Source of the DNA: Thermotogota bacterium
GTDB lineage: Bacteria > Thermotogota > Thermotogae > Petrotogales > Kosmotogaceae
Assembly: GCA_034660555.1 (NCBI GenBank)
Contig: JAYEJL010000183.1
Span: 1-33,184 of the forward strand
Reading direction: 5' to 3'
DNA length: 33,184 nt
Positions 1 to 10,593 of the stretch are shown here, piece after piece (position 1 is the stretch's first letter; the number at the start of each line of letters is the position of its first letter). Under the pieces are notes generated by a model that saw nothing but the letters and a program-made list of their open reading frames with translations, ran no database searches and was not told where the DNA came from. The translations under genes and the position numbers were made by a program.

Positions 1-303
1 TTCAGGACATTGAAGACCACCCTTGAGTTAAGACCGATGTATCACCGAAAGGAAGAAAGGATAAGATCGCACATCTTCCTTTGCTGGCTGGCTCTTCTTC
101 TAGTTAGGATAGCAGAGAGGAGAACAGGGATTACCTGGAACAAGATGAGAAATGAACTGGAGAGAATACAACTCGGTCATTTTTCTGTGAATAAAAACGA
201 AGTCTACAAGAGCACAGAACTGACAGGCAAACAGCGTGAAATTCTTTCCAAGCTTAAGGTTAAAGTACCTCCAACCTACTTCGAAATCCAGCTAAAAGCC
301 TAG
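1..303 (+). CDS. IS1634-family transposase, C-terminal part (truncated by window edge)
   Basis: Frame is open from base 1: FRTLKTTLELRPMYHRKEERIRSHIFLCWLALLL. This is the characteristic IS1634 C-terminal motif (LxLRPxYHxxxxRIxxHxFLCxLA). Stop TAG at 301-303. Confidence 0.9.
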   Translation, partial: FRTLKTTLELRPMYHRKEERIRSHIFLCWLALLLVRIAERRTGITWNKMRNELERIQLGHFSVNKNEVYKSTELTGKQREILSKLKVKVPPTYFEIQLKA

Positions 304-392
304 TAACACACTCACAACTTTCACAAGCTCTATAACCCTTTCAGGGAAATAAACTCATGTGTTTTGTTTATCTATATGATGTCGAACTCGGG
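1..392 (+). mobile_element. IS1634-family insertion sequence, right end; terminal inverted repeat ...TGTCGAACTCGGG ending at 392
   Basis: The transposase is followed by ~90 nt ending TGTCGAACTCGGG (380-392). At 393 the sequence switches abruptly to the conserved ABC-ATPase codons (..ALFPH) of the interrupted minus-strand gene. Confidence 0.8.
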
Positions 393-678
393 ATGAGGAA
401 AAAGGGCATAATTTTGAAAAACAGTATTCACTTCTCTTTTGTGGGGGTATATTGTTGATTATTCTTCCGTTTAAATAAACCATTCCTTCTGAGGGATCTT
501 CCAGACCGGCAATAATTCTTAATAAAGTTGTTTTACCGCACCCAGAGGGTCCTAACAAAGAAAAAAAGTCTCCCCTTTTTATGGAAAGAGAGACATTATC
601 AACAGCTACAAAATCCTGGTCAAAGACTTTTGTGACGTTTTTTGTTTCAATGGAATTGTCACTGGCTTTACAGTTCAA
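393..678 (-). pseudogene. potA: PotA-like (polyamine/CUT-type) ABC transporter ATP-binding protein, 5' fragment; frameshifted and IS-interrupted
   Basis: Walker A GPSGCGKTTLLR; GGAGG RBS upstream of TTG 678. After IPPQKR the conserved VNTVFQNYALFPH continues in another frame (shift at ~431-436), then ends at the IS terminus at 392. Confidence 0.8.
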
Positions 679-708
679 TTCAATCCCGCCTCCGGATCAA
701 TGATAAAA

Positions 709-1227
709 CTACATCAATTCGAAATCATGACCGCAATTCTTACAGAACCTTGCATCTGGTTCGTTCAGTTTTCTGCAATAAGTACAGAGTCTTTTTCCAG
801 TTAATGAGGCTCCGCAATTCTTGCACGTTCTAGCACCAGTTTCATTTTCAGTATCACATTTATGACATCTGACATAGGTTGAAGATTTTTTTGTTTTCAG
901 TTCCTTATAGTCAAATTTTTCTGAAGGCAGGATTTTATTTTCCGGTTGCATTACCTGATTTTGAACAAATTTTCCTGATTGTTCTTTCTGATATTCAAGT
1001 TTTTCAGAAGCAACTCTCATAATTGCCTGACCGATAAAAATCATAACAAGTCCGGGAAGTCCCAAGATAAAAAATGTATTCATTAAAGCAACAGGTGGAG
1101 CGCCTATAATTCCTACAAAAGAATATATAAGCAAAGCAATACCTATTATCAGTAATGCCAAACCACCATATTTCGCAAGCATGTAAAATAACTCTAATGG
1201 ACCACCCTGTTCAGCAGGTCCTGACAT
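709..1227 (-). CDS. Membrane protein with C-terminal double zinc ribbon (DZR) domain
   Basis: Two hydrophobic helices, then four CxxC motifs (CHKC, CKNC, CTYC, CKNC). The GGAGGTG RBS favours ATG at 1227 over the 1236 start in the track. Confidence 0.75.
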   Translation of the reverse strand: MSGPAEQGGPLELFYMLAKYGGLALLIIGIALLIYSFVGIIGAPPVALMNTFFILGLPGLVMIFIGQAIMRVASEKLEYQKEQSGKFVQNQVMQPENKILPSEKFDYKELKTKKSSTYVRCHKCDTENETGARTCKNCGASLTGKRLCTYCRKLNEPDARFCKNCGHDFELM

Positions 1228-1258
1228 TGATAACACCTCCAGTATGTTGCGTATTTAC

Positions 1259-1288
1259 ATTATAAATCAAAATAAGGATTTCTTTAAA
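1259..1288 (-). promoter_or_regulatory. Putative sigma70 promoter for the zinc-ribbon gene
   Basis: Minus strand TTTAAA-N18-TATAAT, ~30 nt upstream of the start codon. AT-rich background lowers specificity. Confidence 0.35.
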
Positions 1289-1317
1289 GTGTTTGCATAA
1301 AATATCAAAACAGTTCT

Positions 1318-1977
1318 TCAAAAATTAAGTAGTTCTTTGTTCGTTAACTCTTTAGAAGGAGAAAAGAGCTTTCCATATTTTTCAATGGGTTCGCTTGAAA
1401 TAATTTGAGTATTACCGCTATTGTTGAAAAAAAGATTGTAGTAATTATCTGTTTCAGAACTATTCTTTTTTAAAGCCCAAACATGGTTTAGGTCTGTAAG
1501 TATTGATGTAAGAGAAGTATATTTAAATTGCTCCTCTATTTCCAGTGCCGCCCTTCTTAGCGCTTCACCGGGTGAATAATTATCAAGATATTTTATGACA
1601 ATCTTGAAGTAGAATCGACTGTCTATCATACCATTCGTTTCTTTAATCCCGTAAATGGTTCCGTTGTGCATAAAAGCGAAGGTTTTCCCCTTTAGTTCAC
1701 ATAAGAAAGGATGAACGTGATCTAGATTTACTTTGTAACCGGGGGACGCCTTTCTTGCGTGAATTATGGCGAAATTACACTTTATTGATGGTAAATCAGT
1801 TTCCCAGATGTGATTGATAAATTTTTTGTATTCCATAAAACCATTTGATAACACTAAATAACCATATCCGTCACCATGAGGACTGTTTTTTCCAGAATAA
1901 GCCATTTTGCTTAATGATACAAAGTAATCTCTGGCTTCGATATTAGATTTAGATTTCATTACAAGCATTCGGCACAT
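1318..1977 (-). CDS. Class II glutamine amidotransferase / Ntn-hydrolase family protein (YafJ/EgtC-like)
   Basis: N-terminal MCRML nucleophile Cys, HGDGYG, IIHARKAS, HPF, FMHNGTI, DS motifs; GAGGTGG RBS. Confidence 0.85.
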   Translation of the reverse strand: MCRMLVMKSKSNIEARDYFVSLSKMAYSGKNSPHGDGYGYLVLSNGFMEYKKFINHIWETDLPSIKCNFAIIHARKASPGYKVNLDHVHPFLCELKGKTFAFMHNGTIYGIKETNGMIDSRFYFKIVIKYLDNYSPGEALRRAALEIEEQFKYTSLTSILTDLNHVWALKKNSSETDNYYNLFFNNSGNTQIISSEPIEKYGKLFSPSKELTNKELLNF

Positions 1978-2087
1978 TTTACCACCTCAAGTATAGTTTA
2001 AATTTATTATAACAAGGTTTGTAAATAAAAAGTGATTTCAGCTTACAGGTTGCTTTCTGCTAATATTGTTACGAGGGGGGTTTTTAT

Positions 2088-2866
2088 ATGAAATATAATA
2101 GACCGAGCGGCTTATTTCACCTGGAGGTGGACTTAAAGCTGTTGAATGGGCAAAAAAAGAAGGTCTTGTAAGATATGTTGGAATCACCAGTCATGGTTAT
2201 GGAGGGACGTTATTGAGAGCTCTAAAAGAATATGATTTTGACGTTTTTATGACCTAGATGAATTATTTTGACAGATTTAATTTTCCTGAAATTGAGACAA
2301 AAGTTATTCCCTATGCAGTAACAGAAAAGATTGGAATTCTGGCCATGAAATTTCTTGCAGATGGTTATTTATATAGAAACGTGGAAAATGGATTCAGATA
2401 TGTCAAAACATTGCCAGTAGATTGCATCGTAGCGGGGATAAATTCTCTTGAACAGTTAGAGCAAGACTTATCTTTGTTGGATATCGATCCTTATGATGAA
2501 GAAGGACTTGAAGTTCTATTTGAAAATGCTCCTGAACTCGGGAATTATGTGTGCAGGCAATGCATGAAATGTCTTCCCTGTACAGAAGGAATAAACATTC
2601 CAAGATTCTTTCTCGCTGAAGGCAGGTATGATAGACAGATGCTTGATGGTGTGATAAAAAATGCTGCCGATTACGCATTGAGTGATAGATTGGTTCACTG
2701 GTTCCAAAATGAAGATGTTGCCAGAAAGGAATATCAGTTGTTAGAGCCCGGTGTAGATAAATGTACTGAGTGCAATATTTGCACTGACCGTTGCCCTTAT
2801 GATATTGATGTCCCCAGAAAACTAAAAATCGTTAAATCCAGAATTGAAACAGGTTACGTGAAATAG
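2088..2866 (+). pseudogene. Aldo/keto reductase with C-terminal 4Fe-4S dicluster domain, decayed
   Basis: RBS plus ATG AAA TAT AAT AGA at 2088 is joined out of frame to mid-AKR sequence (GGGLKAVEWAKKEGLVRYVGITSHG). In-frame TAG at 2255-2257. The remainder 2258-2866 has GILAMK, CRQCMKCLPC and CTECNICTDRCP. The N-terminal AKR segment is missing. Confidence 0.8.
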
Positions 2867-3817
2867 TTATTCAATGTTGTACTCAATGTTAAGCTCATCA
2901 AGTAAATCTTTAAGTATGTCCGGGTAATCTGTGATTATTCCATCGACTCCTTTTTCGATGAAATCCTTCATCGTTTCTTTATCGTTTATGGTCCAGGGGA
3001 TAACGGGTATACACTGATCGTGTGCGCTTTCTACCCATTTATCGCTACAATCAGAATAACTTGGTGAGAAAAAATCTGCACCGCTTGCTTTTACAAGGTT
3101 TCCAACATCAAAACCAAAACTTGCAAACCTTAGACCATTTAACCATTTTGTGCTGAACATTCTACTTGATGTGAGTAGTGCAGCGGTTTTTATAGAGGAA
3201 TTTTTTTCCTTTACAAGCATTATTGTTTTCCAGTAAAATGACTGGATAATTACTCTGTCTTCCATTTCATATTCCTCAATGAGTTCAAGCAATATCTCAA
3301 CAAATTCTTCGGGTGAAAATGTTTTTTCCGGGGCACTGGGTGAGATTTTTGTCTCTATATTTAACATGATTTTTCTGTCTTGTAGTTCTTCATATTCCTT
3401 AACCAGTACAAATACATCTTCAAGTCGGGGAATTTTTGCACAAGGAATTTCTTTTTGTCTGGGCCAATCGTAATCACTTCTCATAACACCTACATCATAC
3501 TGACTGAGTTCTTCGTATGTGATATCCTTTATAAGAATTTCTTCAGTTATAAAAGTTCCATTAATTCTCGTTTTTTGAGGATTCAAGGCTCTATCATGCG
3601 AAACGACAGGAACACTATCTTTGGTGATACCAGTGTCCAACTCAAGGGTAGTTACACCTATTTCAAGAGCATGCTCAAAGGCTTCCAGTGTGTTCTCGGG
3701 TCTGAGCCCCCTACAACCTCTATGACCCTGAAGATCAAAATAAGGGAGAATTCGTTCTGAAAACGAAATTGAGATTAGTAAAAATACTATAATAGCGATA
3801 ATAAATACTTTTTTCAT
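2867..3817 (-). CDS. Glycerophosphodiester phosphodiesterase, secreted
   Basis: Signal peptide; QGHRGCRGLRPENTLEAF, LELD, VVSHD, NIETK, IIQSF, PWTIND, GVDGIITDYP. Confidence 0.93.
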   Translation of the reverse strand: MKKVFIIAIIVFLLISISFSERILPYFDLQGHRGCRGLRPENTLEAFEHALEIGVTTLELDTGITKDSVPVVSHDRALNPQKTRINGTFITEEILIKDITYEELSQYDVGVMRSDYDWPRQKEIPCAKIPRLEDVFVLVKEYEELQDRKIMLNIETKISPSAPEKTFSPEEFVEILLELIEEYEMEDRVIIQSFYWKTIMLVKEKNSSIKTAALLTSSRMFSTKWLNGLRFASFGFDVGNLVKASGADFFSPSYSDCSDKWVESAHDQCIPVIPWTINDKETMKDFIEKGVDGIITDYPDILKDLLDELNIEYNIE

Positions 3818-3905
3818 AAGATCACCTCAAATTTTGGTATGAATCAATAATAGCACTTAAATTTGGCGAACCTACTGCCTTTGTGTTTGATTATATTCCT
3901 GATAG

Positions 3906-5360
<1,455 letters not shown>

Positions 5361-5870
5361 GAAACGAGATCCGAGACTCGAGATCTGAGATCCAACAAAA
5401 CCTCGGAAAACACACCTCCCCGCTTCACGGTACTCCTCTCATTAAGTGAAAAATACGTTGTACGATAGTTCGTTGTAGGTTGTGCGGAAAGTTCAAAAAA
5501 TACAAAACGAGATCCCGAGAAGGACCGAGAGGACGAGAGTCCGAGAGACCGAGAGTAAATAACGTCCAACGCTTCGCTTGGTCCATCGTCCAATGCTTGC
5601 CACTGGCAAGCTTCGTCCATCGACTGGTGCTTAAATCCATTGATATGCGATTTGGGAAGCAATCGGATATGCAAGCTATGCTCGGATTTGCGCCTATGGC
5701 TGATAGAACAATAAAAAGCGGGTTTAGGTTCTAGTGCCTGGGGTTTAGTAAGAACAAAATAACACCCACCACCGCAAGCGGTCCCCCGCCCTCAAGGGCG
5801 GATTACACTCCTCCCTGCTTCGCGGGTAATAACTAAAAAGTTGTAAGATAGCGATTTATAGCTGTTAGGC
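5361..5870. repeat. Intergenic mosaic of short tandem repeat modules and REP-like hairpins (cluster 1)
   Basis: 7-mers acgagat/ccgagac/tcgagat/ctgagat (5364-5391); CGTTGTA-type heptamers (~5455-5485); 8-mer CCGAGA repeats (~5507-5556); CGTCCA(A/T)CG repeats (5563-5622) with palindrome GCTTGCCA-C-TGGCAAGC; GAT(A/T)TGC repeats (~5642-5692); GGTTTAG/GTTCTAG repeats (~5720-5748); double hairpin 5771-5801. GC-rich relative to flanks. Confidence 0.85.
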
Positions 5871-5937
5871 AATTAATACAATTAGTAAATGATAAAAGCA
5901 TCGAAGTAAGGTTTTATTTTTTTTAGAGGTAGGATTA

Positions 5938-6710
5938 ATGAACGTAACAGAAAAAAATGGGAAGCTTTTTGTTTATGAAAACGATAATGAGATATTTAGG
6001 ATTTCACAATAGCAAAGGGGTAAAAATAAGGCGGCTGGAAAAGTAGAGAAGTTCTCTGGTAATAAGGATTCTTTGGTTGAATTGTTGAAGAACTTGAAAA
6101 AAAATATTGAAAAAGAATTTTCTCTTAAAAAGCTCGAATTGAATCTTGGTAAACAATATCTCGCTGATCAAATTGTTGATGACATTGTTGTAATAGAGAT
6201 ATGATGCAACTGAATTTGCGCAAATATGAACCGGATAACGAGGTTTCAGAATCTTTGGGTAATTACAAACCATTTGAACTTGTAGATCTAAAAAAACATA
6301 TCAATGAAATTTACAAAGCAACACCTGATTTTGATAGGAACTATATGGGTGTAAAAAATCCCAATGAACTTTATGAAGTATATGAAAGAGCAATTTTAAA
6401 AGAAGAATTTGGTTCTATGAATCCGGATCTTTCTTTTGAATTAGTAAATCCTTTTCGCGGTTTCATTTTATCTAATGATTTAATAAATAAAAATAACAAT
6501 TTTTTGATTGGGGATCTTCTGGTTTTGCTCAAACATAGAAATAAAGGTCTCGGAACAGCTCTAATAAAAGAAGTGCTTAACAGAAGTAAGGCAAAAGGTT
6601 ATTATAAGGCACTTCTTGCAGTAACGCTCAATAATCCGGCATTCACCATTTATAAAAAAATAGGTTTTAGTTTTATTGCAAAAACAACATTAATGCTTGT
6701 GAACAACTGA
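5938..6710 (+). pseudogene. GNAT acetyltransferase with disrupted N-terminal half (intact C-terminal GNAT domain 6201-6710)
   Basis: GAGGTAGG RBS plus ATG 5938. Coding-like sequence is broken by TAG (~6010) and a frameshift near 6180. The C-terminal ORF has GNAT motif A (VLLKHRNKGLGTALI) and NNPAFTIYKKIGF. Confidence 0.65.
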
Positions 6711-6993
6711 GTACAGTCAGTTATTGATACTTATTTTTGTCAGGACACTGATATAAAATATCAATATAGAATAAATTAATTTGTGTTTTTCTCTAACAAC
6801 CTTGATTTTTGAAGATTTAAATTAGTGAACTACTTTATTGTTAAAAATGTCATTATATTAGAACGAATAAGCCCGACTTTATGAATTTTGAGAACTTTTT
6901 TAATATGGCGGATTTCATGTTAGCCACTCAGCTTTTGTCTGATGGTATGTGTTTGTTTATGGTTATTTAAATTTTCCTGGTGGGGTGGTACTT

Positions 6994-7908
6994 TTGGAAC
7001 AAATAATCGAAGTCAAGGGATTGGAAAAATTCTATGGCAATTTTCAGGCATTGAAGGGCATAGATATTTATGTTAACAAAGGTGAGATATTCGGTTTTTT
7101 AGGACCTAATGGTGCAGGGAAAACCACAACTTTAGAAATCCTCGAAGGTTTGAGGAAACATTCTGGTGGTGGATTTTGGCTTTTCAATAATAAGATAGAA
7201 AACAAACTACCTCGAAAAATAAAAGAAAAAATGGGTGTAATACTTCAAGAAAGTGAATTCATTGATCATCTTAAGGTGAGAGAAATCCTGGAACTATTCG
7301 CTTCCTTTTTTGAGCATTCGATGTCTATTGAAAGAATTCTAAAGATGTCACAACTTGAAGAAAAATCGGAAATATTTGTTGAGAATTTATCTGGAGGGCA
7401 AAAAAAAAGGTTAAAAATTGGAGTTTCGATGATTAATGATCCTGAACTGATTTTTCTTGATGAACCAACTACCGGTCTTGATCCCCAATCCAGGGAATCT
7501 ATATGGACTTTGATTGAGAATCTAAGAGAAGAAGGCAGAACGATTTTTCTAACAACTCATTATATGGAAGAAGCTCAGAGACTATGTGATAGAGTCGCGA
7601 TTATAGATAGAGGGAAAATTATTGAAGAAGGCTCTCCAAGAGAGCTTATAAATAAATACGGAGGGAATAGCCAGATTGACTTTGAGTGTGCCACAGAACC
7701 AAAAGAAGAAGCTATTAAACAACTAGACGAAGCGATTTCTAAGGTAGATGATCATTACAGAATAGAAACTTCTGATTTAACAGAAACCCTTCAAAAGCTT
7801 GTTAAGTGGTCAGAAAAATTTGAAATAAAACTCGCGAATATCTTTTTGGTTGAACCTGATCTTGAGGATGTGTTTTTAACACTAACTGGAAGAGAACTTA
7901 GAGAATGA
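6994..7908 (+). CDS. ABC-2-type exporter ATP-binding protein
   Basis: GPNGAGKTT, LSGGQKKRL, LIFLDEPTTGLDP, TTHYMEEA. The likely start is TTG 6994 after a GGGGTGG RBS. Confidence 0.93.
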   Translation: MEQIIEVKGLEKFYGNFQALKGIDIYVNKGEIFGFLGPNGAGKTTTLEILEGLRKHSGGGFWLFNNKIENKLPRKIKEKMGVILQESEFIDHLKVREILELFASFFEHSMSIERILKMSQLEEKSEIFVENLSGGQKKRLKIGVSMINDPELIFLDEPTTGLDPQSRESIWTLIENLREEGRTIFLTTHYMEEAQRLCDRVAIIDRGKIIEEGSPRELINKYGGNSQIDFECATEPKEEAIKQLDEAISKVDDHYRIETSDLTETLQKLVKWSEKFEIKLANIFLVEPDLEDVFLTLTGRELRE

Positions 7909-9089
7909 AATCGTTCTGGAAGTTTTTTAAATTACATCTTTTCGCTGATCTTAGAAATCGAAGATCGTTATTCTGGGTTATTTTATTTCCTATGTTACTG
8001 TTTTCTATATTAGTTCTTACCTTTACCAATATGGGATTAAGAGAATCCATCGATTTCAAGGCTTTATTGATTGATGAAACGCCTGGAAATGCAACTGTTA
8101 GATATTCTGAGAAGGTAATTAAAGCCCTGGAAAGAATTTCTTATCCCAATGAAGAAGCGTTATTTTCATTAGAAAAACTAGAGGTTCAAAAAAAGGATTA
8201 TGCTCTTCAATTATTGGAATATGACCGGGCAGATATACTGATTGTTATACCGAAAGATTTCAACACAAAATTTGCCGGGCTCGCACTTTCAAGCAGTCTT
8301 GGATTACCTTTTTCACAGGCTAATCTTAAGGTATATTTTGTACCCAGTAGAGCTTCTTCGAATCTCGCAAGGGGGACTATTGAAGCAGTATTAAGCAGTA
8401 TAAATTCTCAACTGGCAAAGAATTTCAATTATGATGTTGAACAAGTGAAAGTTAATAGCGAAACGATTGGAGCAATAATGGATTCACCATCCTATACGAA
8501 TTTTATAGCACCAGGCATAATCGTTATCGCTGTTTTCATGTCGGGGTCCTTTCTCGTAGGACCTAAAATTGCAATAATGAGACGATTCAACATTCTGAAA
8601 AAATATGACACAACCCCTGTCCCGTTATCTTCCTTCTATTTTGGATTCACTTTTTCACGAATTTTTATTATGATAGTTCAATACATTGGTTTGGGTTTAT
8701 TTGGAATATATTTACTCAAGGCAACAGTTTCATTGTTTTCACCAGGTGCAATATTATATTATCTTTACCTTTGCGTGGTATATACAGCAATTGGTTTTGC
8801 GCTTGGTTTTATTTCAACAAGTCCCACAGCGCAGGGCGCAATTTCTGGATTTCTAACTTTGCCTCTTCAGTTTCTTTCGGGTATCTATTTTCCATTATTC
8901 AATTTACCCTGGTATATCAATATTTTTGTCTATTCGAATCCACTTTACTATTCTGCAAACGCCATGAGGGAATATATGGGTGTAGCGTATTCAACAACGC
9001 AAATGCTTTTGAATTATTTAGTCCCAGGAATCTGGTTGTTAATTTGTACGGTGTTTTCTCTTACAAGGCGGTTGAGTGAGAAGGGTTAA
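7905..9089 (+). CDS. ABC-2-type exporter permease
   Basis: One N-terminal TM, a large extracytoplasmic loop, then five TMs (FIAPGII, FLSGIYFP, SNPLYY). ATGA overlap with the ATPase. Confidence 0.88.
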   Translation: MKSFWKFFKLHLFADLRNRRSLFWVILFPMLLFSILVLTFTNMGLRESIDFKALLIDETPGNATVRYSEKVIKALERISYPNEEALFSLEKLEVQKKDYALQLLEYDRADILIVIPKDFNTKFAGLALSSSLGLPFSQANLKVYFVPSRASSNLARGTIEAVLSSINSQLAKNFNYDVEQVKVNSETIGAIMDSPSYTNFIAPGIIVIAVFMSGSFLVGPKIAIMRRFNILKKYDTTPVPLSSFYFGFTFSRIFIMIVQYIGLGLFGIYLLKATVSLFSPGAILYYLYLCVVYTAIGFALGFISTSPTAQGAISGFLTLPLQFLSGIYFPLFNLPWYINIFVYSNPLYYSANAMREYMGVAYSTTQMLLNYLVPGIWLLICTVFSLTRRLSEKG

Positions 9090-9091
9090 GG

Positions 9092-10192
9092 ATGAAGATT
9101 ATTAGTTTTAGAAGATTGATTGAATTTACAAAAAAGAATTTCTTCATATTGATTCGGGATAAACAATCGCTTATTTCTATAATGACACTACCAACTGTTA
9201 TTGTGATAATCCTTGGCTTTGTTATAGCTGGCCTATCAGGGGGAATAGACACAGTAAAGGTAAAGATGGGAATATATATACCTGAGAACCTTTCAAGCAA
9301 GTACGGTAACGTGATTGAAAAAGCAGCAAAAAATTCAGGAATCAGCCCTATACTGGCCGAAAATCCGGATCAGATAGAAGAAATGATTATTGATGGAGAA
9401 ACACAGATTGGTGTTTCAGCTTCTGCGTCAGAGATTAAATTTTATTATGATCAATCCTTTGGTCAGTACAACAATTATCTAATGATACTACAATCATTCA
9501 TGGCAGACGATATAAACGAAAGACTTTCTGGTATTCCACGTTTTGTAGGAATTGAACCGGTAAAAGTAGAAACAGGAGCTTCATTAACGGTGATTAGCTT
9601 CATTGTACCTGGAGTTATTGCTGTGGCGATTATTATGGTGGGCGTATATGGAATGGCAATAACGCTGGCTACACATAAAGAAAGTGAAGTTATTAAAAGA
9701 TTTATCGTTACACCGGTTAAAGGCAGTGAATATGTCATTTCTATAGCAGCAAATAGATACTGGCCTTCATTAATTTCAACATTTCTTACTTTATATGTAT
9801 CAGGATGGATCTTTTCAACCTCCTATGATGTAAAATGGCTTCCATTCATTACAATAATAACCACTGGTTTAATCCTTGCATTTGGAATAGGGACAATACT
9901 ATCTTTGGCATTCAAAGATCTTTGGACCACAATGAGTTTCACAACGGTTATCCTTGTAATTATGATGCTCTTCTCAAACGTTTATTATCCCTTCTCAATA
10001 ATGCCAGAATATATGAGAGTTATTAGTCATTTATTTCCAATTACTTATTTTGCAGCTGGATTTAGATACTCGCTGGGAATCGAGGGTATGTTTCTTTCGA
10101 GCTTCATAACCATCAATCTGGTCTTTGCTTTGTGTGGTTTCTTACTACTTTTCATTGGAGGAAAATTACTCTTCCGTTTTGAAAGAAAGTAA
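9092..10192 (+). CDS. ABC-2-type exporter permease (second subunit)
   Basis: Same topology (FIVPGVIA, FSNVYYP, LFPITY); starts 2 nt after the previous stop. Confidence 0.88.
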   Translation: MKIISFRRLIEFTKKNFFILIRDKQSLISIMTLPTVIVIILGFVIAGLSGGIDTVKVKMGIYIPENLSSKYGNVIEKAAKNSGISPILAENPDQIEEMIIDGETQIGVSASASEIKFYYDQSFGQYNNYLMILQSFMADDINERLSGIPRFVGIEPVKVETGASLTVISFIVPGVIAVAIIMVGVYGMAITLATHKESEVIKRFIVTPVKGSEYVISIAANRYWPSLISTFLTLYVSGWIFSTSYDVKWLPFITIITTGLILAFGIGTILSLAFKDLWTTMSFTTVILVIMMLFSNVYYPFSIMPEYMRVISHLFPITYFAAGFRYSLGIEGMFLSSFITINLVFALCGFLLLFIGGKLLFRFERK

Positions 10193-10324
10193 CTTTTGGA
10201 AACATATATGCTAATTTTTATCTTCAGGGAAACTTTAAAGGCTTTTTATTATTAGTTGTACAGCTACTAAATAAATTGACTAATAAATTTAGGCGGATTG
10301 AAAAACTAACAAAGCGGTATAAGC

Positions 10325-10347
10325 AGCTCTTCATGAGAGCTTTTTTT
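10325..10347 (+). terminator. Putative Rho-independent terminator after the ABC-2 operon
   Basis: AGCTCT-tcatg-AGAGCT stem followed by a T7 run. Confidence 0.55.
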
Positions 10348-10348
10348 A

Positions 10349-10485
10349 CGTGAAGATTTCCTAGAGTTAATAGAAAGTAGTGTAGTGTTGTACAGGCTAT
10401 TTCAATCGATGGCTATATTGTTACATGTGGAAAAGTACCGAAGATAGAAGAAGCAAAGAAACTTTTGATTAATTTACAACTGTAA
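10349..10485 (+). pseudogene. Remnant of small thioredoxin/glutaredoxin-like protein (MTH895/TM0996 type), C-terminal half
   Basis: Reads EDFLELIESSVV / VQAISIDGYIVTCGKVPKIEEAKKLL*, resembling the family's ..GVMxTPALxIDGxVxxxGKVPxxEEIKKLL C-terminus. It contains a frameshift and lacks the CxxC N-terminus. Confidence 0.5.
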
Positions 10486-10593
10486 ATATCATTTCAAAAG
10501 TTATATCAGAAAGGTGAATAGTCTGATTGTGTAGAAGAATTAATGACCCATTTTCTCAACAGGTATTTAAAAAACTGTGAAGAAGTTTGTGAA

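Noticed and set aside
2255..2257. In-frame TAG as pyrrolysine or stop-codon readthrough
   Set aside because: The gene is also broken by an upstream deletion and frameshift, and TAG is used as a normal stop elsewhere in the window (303, 15962, 27613, 29549).
6749..6763. Palindrome TGATAT-AAA-ATATCA upstream of the ABC-2 operon
   Set aside because: AT-rich, single copy, no adjacent regulator; plausible by chance.
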